Part shown: positions 59,169 through 64,000 of the stretch, in pieces
Position numbering within the stretch: the first letter of the stretch is position 1
Layout: every line of letters begins with the position of its first letter
Source: an uncultured Actinomycetota bacterium
Lineage (GTDB): Bacteria; Actinomycetota; Actinomycetes; JAHEKZ01
DNA length: 64,000 nucleotides
Assembly: GCA_963718235.1 (NCBI GenBank)
Contig: CAVQYR010000002.1
Span: 480,001 to 544,000 of the forward strand
Direction of reading: 5' to 3'
The notes under the pieces: model-generated
The model's input: the letters and a program-made list of their open reading frames with translations, nothing else
The model's database searches: none
Told to the model about the DNA's origin: nothing
Program-made: the position numbers and the translations under genes

Positions 59169-61394
59169 TCACCCCGGGTCGGGGTCGAACCGACGGAGGC
59201 GAAGGCTGTTGGTGACCACGAAGACGCTGGAGAAGGCCATGGCGGCCCCCGCGATCAGCGGGTTGAGCAGACCCGCGGCGGCCAGCGGGATCGCCGCCAC
59301 GTTGTAGGCGAAGGCCCAGAACAGGTTGCCCTTGATCGTGGCCAGGACCCGCCGCGAGAGCTGGATGGCCTGCGGCACGGCCTGGAGGTCACCGCGGACG
59401 AGGGTCAGATCGCTGGCCTCGATCGCCACATCGGTCCCGGTACCCATCGAGATCCCGAGGTCGGCCTGGGCGAGCCCGGCAGCGTCATTGACCCCGTCAC
59501 CCACCATCGCCACGACCCGGCCCTGCTCCTGCAGCTCGCGGACGGCAGCGACCTTGCCTGCCGGGAGCACATCGGCGATGACGGTGTCGATCCCGACCTC
59601 CTGGGCGACACTGGCCGCGGCCCGGCGGTTGTCCCCGGTGAGCAGGACCGGGCGAAGCCCCATCTCCTTGAGCTGGGCCACCGCTGCGGCACTGGTCGGT
59701 TTCACCGTGTCGGCCACGACGAGCAGCCCGAGCACGACGCCGTCACCGCCGACCGCGACGACGGTGCGTCCGGCCGCCTCGGCCCGCTCGTACTGCGCGG
59801 CCAGGGCGGCCGGCAGACCCAGCGCCCAGGACTCCCGAAGCCACGACGGGCGCCCCGCGGCGACGGCTCGTCCGGCAACGACCCCCTGCACGCCCAGGCC
59901 CGCGACGCCGGCGAAGTCGCTGACCTCGGGAAGTGGCCCTACCCGGTCCTCGGCGGCAGCAGCGATCGCTCGTCCGACCGGATGCTCCGAGGCATGCTCG
60001 ACCGCACCCGCAAGGAGCAGCAGGTCATCCAGGCCCGTACCGTCAGCCGGGACGACGTCTACGAGACGCATTCGGCCCTCGGTCACCGTTCCGGTCTTGT
60101 CGAGGACGACGGTGTCGACCCGCCGGGTCGACTCGAGCATCTCCGGTCCCTTGATCAGGATCCCGAGCTGAGCGCCGCGACCGGTGCCGACCAGTAGTGC
60201 CGTCGGCGTGGCCAGGCCCAGGGCGCACGGGCACGCGATGATCAAGACCGCGACGGCCGCGCTGAACGCCATCGTGGCGCTCTCGCCCTGGAGCAGCCAG
60301 AAGAGCAGCGTCGCCAGTGAGATCGCGATGACGATCGGGACGAACACCGCGGACACCCGGTCCGCCAGACGCTGGACCGGGGCCTTGCCGCTCTGAGCCT
60401 GGGTCACCAGGCGAGCCATGGCCGCGAGCTGGGTGTCCTCACCCACCCGGGTCGCCTCGACAACCAGCCGCCCGCCGACGTTGACGCACCCGCCGACGAC
60501 GGGTTCGGAAGGCCCGACCTCGACGGGCACGCTCTCGCCGGTGAGCATCGAGGCGTCGACCGCCGACGTGCCGTCGCGCACCACGCCGTCCGTGGCGATC
60601 TTCTCTCCCGGTCGGACCACGAAGCGGTTGCCCACGGCGAGCTGTTCGATGGGCACGCGCACCTCGTGCCCATCGCGCACCAGGGTGACGTCCTTCGCAC
60701 CGAGGCGCAGCAACGCATGCAGGGCAGCACCGGACCGTCGCTTGGCACGGGCCTCGAGATAGCGACCGGTGAGGACGAAGACGGTCACCCCGGCGGCAAC
60801 CTCGAGATAGAGCTCGTCGGTGCTGCCCCGGCTGGCATCGGTGTGGAACGACATCGTCATGCCGGAGTCACCGGCGTCACCGAAGAACAACGAGTACAGC
60901 GACCAGCCGAACGCAGCAAGCACGCCCACGCTGATCAGGGTGTCCATCGTGGTGGTGCCGTGCCGCAGGTTGGTCCATGCAGCACGGTGAAAGGGCCAGG
61001 CACCCCACACCACGACAGGCGCGCTGAGGGTCAGGGCCAGCCACTGCCAGTTGCGGAACTGCAGGGCGGGAACCATCGACAAGACCACGACCGGGACGGT
61101 CAGGATCAGGCAGATCTGCAGGCGCTGCCGCAACGATCGGGTCGGGTCGTCCAGGTCGCTACCGGGAGCTTCGTCGGGCGAGGGGACGGGGAGCTGCGCG
61201 TGGTACCCGAGCGCCGCCACCGTGTCGAGAAGGTCGTCAGGGCTCACCGCGCTGTCGAAGGTCACGAACGCCTGCTCGGTGGCGTAGTTGACGTTTGCTG
61301 ACACGCCGTCCATCCGGTTGAGCTTCTTCTCGATCCGGGAGGCGCACGACGCGCACGTCATCCCCGTGATCTCCAGCTCCACCGAGCGGCTCAT
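59169..61394 (-). CDS. copA: Copper-type P1B heavy-metal translocating ATPase
   Basis: 'GMTCASC', 'TGES', 'CPC', 'DKTGT', 'SEHP', 'GDGVND', 'YN', 'MAFSS'. Confidence 0.93.
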   Translation of the reverse strand: MSRSVELEITGMTCASCASRIEKKLNRMDGVSANVNYATEQAFVTFDSAVSPDDLLDTVAALGYHAQLPVPSPDEAPGSDLDDPTRSLRQRLQICLILTVPVVVLSMVPALQFRNWQWLALTLSAPVVVWGAWPFHRAAWTNLRHGTTTMDTLISVGVLAAFGWSLYSLFFGDAGDSGMTMSFHTDASRGSTDELYLEVAAGVTVFVLTGRYLEARAKRRSGAALHALLRLGAKDVTLVRDGHEVRVPIEQLAVGNRFVVRPGEKIATDGVVRDGTSAVDASMLTGESVPVEVGPSEPVVGGCVNVGGRLVVEATRVGEDTQLAAMARLVTQAQSGKAPVQRLADRVSAVFVPIVIAISLATLLFWLLQGESATMAFSAAVAVLIIACPCALGLATPTALLVGTGRGAQLGILIKGPEMLESTRRVDTVVLDKTGTVTEGRMRLVDVVPADGTGLDDLLLLAGAVEHASEHPVGRAIAAAAEDRVGPLPEVSDFAGVAGLGVQGVVAGRAVAAGRPSWLRESWALGLPAALAAQYERAEAAGRTVVAVGGDGVVLGLLVVADTVKPTSAAAVAQLKEMGLRPVLLTGDNRRAAASVAQEVGIDTVIADVLPAGKVAAVRELQEQGRVVAMVGDGVNDAAGLAQADLGISMGTGTDVAIEASDLTLVRGDLQAVPQAIQLSRRVLATIKGNLFWAFAYNVAAIPLAAAGLLNPLIAGAAMAFSSVFVVTNSLRLRRFDPDPG

Positions 61395-61396
61395 GC

Positions 61397-61621
61397 TCAG
61401 TCCGCCAGCTCGTACCCGGCCTCGTCGACGGCCGCCGCGACCGCGGCCCGATCGAGCGGGCTGGTGCTCACGACGACGACCCGCCCGGACTCGAGCTCCA
61501 CGGTGACCGAGTCGACGTCACCGAGCGCGGTCAGCTCATCGGTCACCGCATGGACGCAGTGACCACAGGTCATCCCGTTGACGTGGTACTCGGTGGACAC
61601 CGTGGCGTGCTGATCGGACAT
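61397..61621 (-). CDS. copZ: Copper chaperone (HMA domain)
   Basis: 'GMTCGHC', 'EAGY'; AAGGAG RBS. Confidence 0.9.
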   Translation of the reverse strand: MSDQHATVSTEYHVNGMTCGHCVHAVTDELTALGDVDSVTVELESGRVVVVSTSPLDRAAVAAAVDEAGYELAD

Positions 61622-61658
61622 GTCGCTCCTTCGTCGAAGAGCGAGTGGACCTGAACCC

Positions 61659-62045
61659 TCAGGTGCCGCCGCTCGTGGGTGCCCAAGCACGAACGATGTC
61701 ACGCATGGAGATGATTCCCACGACGTCGGCGTCCTGGATCACCACGAGGTGGCGGAAACCCCCTCGGCGCATCGTCTCAGCCGCCTCCTCCAGGGTCCAC
61801 GAGGGGTCGGCGTACGCCGCCTCGTAGGTCAGGTGCTCACCGGACTTGGCCTGGTCGACGTCGAGGCCGGCGGCGATGGCCCGGACGACGTCACGCTCGG
61901 TCAGGATGCCCGGTCCGTGCGCGTCGGTGTCGATCACCACCACTGAGCCGACGCTTCGGTCGGCCATGAATCGACTGGCGTCCCGAAGGGAGTGGGTCGG
62001 CCCCACGCTGACGACCTGGTCGGACATCGTGTCGCGGACCAGCAC
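61659..62045 (-). CDS. CBS domain protein
   Basis: 'GILTERD', 'FRHL.V', 'GIISMRDI'. Confidence 0.9.
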   Translation of the reverse strand: MLVRDTMSDQVVSVGPTHSLRDASRFMADRSVGSVVVIDTDAHGPGILTERDVVRAIAAGLDVDQAKSGEHLTYEAAYADPSWTLEEAAETMRRGGFRHLVVIQDADVVGIISMRDIVRAWAPTSGGT

Positions 62046-62194
62046 GGCCCACCGCCTCTCGTTCGACCCGGCCCTCGGGTCGGCTGCGGGGCCCGCGAGT
62101 CACAGGTTCGTGGGCGGCGCCCTGCAGCCCTGAGCCTGTCCCGTCGGCGCGTCGGAGGCAAGGGGTTGCCCTCGACCGGTGGCCGGGGAGACTG

Positions 62195-62983
62195 GTGCAC
62201 ACTGGCCGGGTGGAGCGACAGGCAGTCCTGGTCATGGCGGTGCTGGGCTGGATCACCGTCACGTTGTTCGTCGACGCGACCGCTTCGCCTGCGACACAGG
62301 TGTTCCTCGGCGTGACGACGTGGCTGCTGCTCCTGGGGCTGCTCACCGCCGAGTCCTCCCTGGTCCGGGTCCAGGTCGCGGTCGTCGTCGCCTTCGCCAC
62401 GGTGGTGGAGTACACGTTCTCGCAGGGACTGGAGGTGTACGTCTACCGACTGGAGCACGTGCCGTCGTACGTGCCCCCGGGCCACGGTCTGGTGTACCTG
62501 GGTGCCCTGGCGTTCGCCCGGATCGGCTGGGCCCAGCGTCACGAGGGGTGGCTGTTGGTCGTAGCGGTCACGGCCGTCGCCGGCTATGCGCTCTTCGGGC
62601 TGTCACCGTGGGCGCCGCGTCCGGATGCCCTGGGCGCGTTCTGGGCCGTATGCCTGGTGGCCTTCATGATGTGGGGGCGCTCGCGCCTGGTGTACGTCGG
62701 CGCCTTCGTGGTCGTCACCTATCTCGAGCTCGTCGGCACCACCTGGGGCAACTGGACCTGGGGAACCCACGACCCGACCGGCTGGGTGACCATCGGCAAC
62801 CCGCCGAGCGGGGCGGCCGGCGGCTACGGGTGGTTCGACCTGGCGGCCCTGGTGGCCGCGCCCCTCCTGCTGAGACAGTGGTACGCGGTCTCAGCCCGCG
62901 TCCGCGGGATCCAGCAGCCCGAGTACCTCGCGGTGCAGCAGACCGTTGGTGCTCAAGGCGTTGCCGCCGACCAGCGGGTCTGA
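62195..62983 (+). CDS. Hypothetical membrane protein
   Basis: Multi-TM; 'YVYRL..VP.YVPPGHG', 'YLEL.GT..GNW.W', 'NPPS'. Start may be 62210. Confidence 0.8.
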   Translation: MHTGRVERQAVLVMAVLGWITVTLFVDATASPATQVFLGVTTWLLLLGLLTAESSLVRVQVAVVVAFATVVEYTFSQGLEVYVYRLEHVPSYVPPGHGLVYLGALAFARIGWAQRHEGWLLVVAVTAVAGYALFGLSPWAPRPDALGAFWAVCLVAFMMWGRSRLVYVGAFVVVTYLELVGTTWGNWTWGTHDPTGWVTIGNPPSGAAGGYGWFDLAALVAAPLLLRQWYAVSARVRGIQQPEYLAVQQTVGAQGVAADQRV

Positions 62984-63709
62984 CCCGTCCAGGGCGCTGA
63001 TCCGCCCGCCTGCCTCCTCGACGATCGGCACGAGGGCCGCCATGTCCCAGGTACCGAGCTGCGGTTCGACCGCCACGTCGATGGCTCCCTCGGCGACGAG
63101 CATGTGCGACCAGAAGTCGCCGTAGGCGCGGCTACGCCAGGACCGGTCGAGGAGCCTGTGGAATCCCGCCGCCGAGCCGGTGGCGGCCCACGCGGGGTCG
63201 GTGATCTCGGAGAACGACACCGAGGCGTCCTCGACGTGGGACACCGCTGAAACGCGCAGGGGGCGCGCGTCGCTGAGCCTGTGACCGGTCCACGCCCCGT
63301 GCCCGCGGGCCGCCCACCACCGAAGGCCCAGGGCGGGTGCGGAGACGACGCCCACCACGACCTCGTCGTCGTGCACCAGGCCGATCAGGCTGGCCCACAC
63401 CGGAACGCCGCGCACGTAGTTCTTCGTGCCGTCGATCGGGTCGAGCACCCACTGCCGGCTCGCGTCACCCGTCACGCCGAACTCCTCGCCGAGAACGGAG
63501 TCGGTCGGGCGCTCGCGGCTCAGCGTCTCTCGCAGCGCCTCCTCGGCGGCGCGGTCGGCGTCACTGACCGGCGTGAGGTCCGGCTTGGTGTCGATCACGA
63601 GGTCGAGCGCACGGAACCGGTTCACGGTGATCGCGTCGGCCTCGTCGGCCAGGCGGAAGGCGAGCTGCAGGTCCTCGCCGAGGTCGGTCTGGCTCCCCTT
63701 GGTGGTCAT
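62891..63709 (-). CDS. hisN: Histidinol-phosphatase (inositol monophosphatase family)
   Basis: 'KPDLTPVSDAD', 'DPIDGTKNYVRGVPVW', 'RAYGDFWS', 'WDMAAL'. Confidence 0.92.
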   Translation of the reverse strand: MTTKGSQTDLGEDLQLAFRLADEADAITVNRFRALDLVIDTKPDLTPVSDADRAAEEALRETLSRERPTDSVLGEEFGVTGDASRQWVLDPIDGTKNYVRGVPVWASLIGLVHDDEVVVGVVSAPALGLRWWAARGHGAWTGHRLSDARPLRVSAVSHVEDASVSFSEITDPAWAATGSAAGFHRLLDRSWRSRAYGDFWSHMLVAEGAIDVAVEPQLGTWDMAALVPIVEEAGGRISALDGSDPLVGGNALSTNGLLHREVLGLLDPADAG

Positions 63710-63836
63710 GCGTTCACGCTACCGCCGCCGGATCGGGTCGGGGTGGCCGAGCGTTTCGCTAAGGGTCGGGTAAGGCCGGGCCAACGCCGCGTGTTGACGT
63801 TGGAGACAGGAGAACGAGCGGGGTTGACTGGTGGCC

Positions 63837-64000
63837 ATGCCTGACAATGTCTTCGGAATCCCCGTCCACCCCCTGGTCGTGCACGCTGTCGTGGTTCTGA
63901 TTCCTCTTGCCTCGCTCGGTGTGATCGCAATCGCGTTCGTGCCGAAGTGGCGCCAGCGGTTCGGTGGGCTCGTGGCCCTCGTCACCCTTGCAGCTGTCGC
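63837..64000 (+). CDS. DUF2231-like membrane protein, N-terminal part (runs off the window)
   Basis: Manual translation MPDNVFGIPVHPLVVHAVVVLIPL... shows the HP..VH motif. Confidence 0.75.
   Translation, partial: MPDNVFGIPVHPLVVHAVVVLIPLASLGVIAIAFVPKWRQRFGGLVALVTLAAV

Overview
High-GC actinobacterial chromosomal window with about 63 protein genes. I found no rRNA, tRNA, CRISPR array or intact mobile element. Blocks in order: (1) the end of a GATase-like-domain peptidase, an acyl-CoA synthetase remnant and an SPFH gene; (2) an Lrp/AsnC regulator divergent from a Tat-exported flavin amine oxidase and a histamine/trimethylamine dehydrogenase-family enzyme; (3) a ~17 kb cluster around a MalT-like STAND-LuxR regulator (cupin, PLDc_N/SHOCT, SulP, cation antiporter, two rhodaneses, a CMD/AhpD pair, DUF2252, DUF6325, ppk2, DUF1345, DAGK) in which a TCACCCGGGTGA-type palindrome recurs four times, each 38-39 nt upstream of a -10-like hexamer; (4) small LuxR and TetR modules, galM, MFS, a hydrolase, SSADH, an orphan anaerobic sulfatase maturase, class I aldolase, YihY and CYTH; (5) a coupled six-gene operon of two Gfo/Idh/MocA oxidoreductases, an alpha/beta hydrolase, a peptidase-S51 domain fused to a CysRS-type C-terminal tRNA-binding domain, and a heterodimeric ABC exporter; (6) TetR, a second Tat amine oxidase, an S8 protease, an LPxTG surface protein, a PLP decarboxylase fused to a cNMP-binding domain, PRTase, copZ/copA and hisN. 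Five genes carry single +1 frameshifts that look like assembly errors. Many genes appear leaderless. All family calls come from motif recognition by eye; no searches were run.
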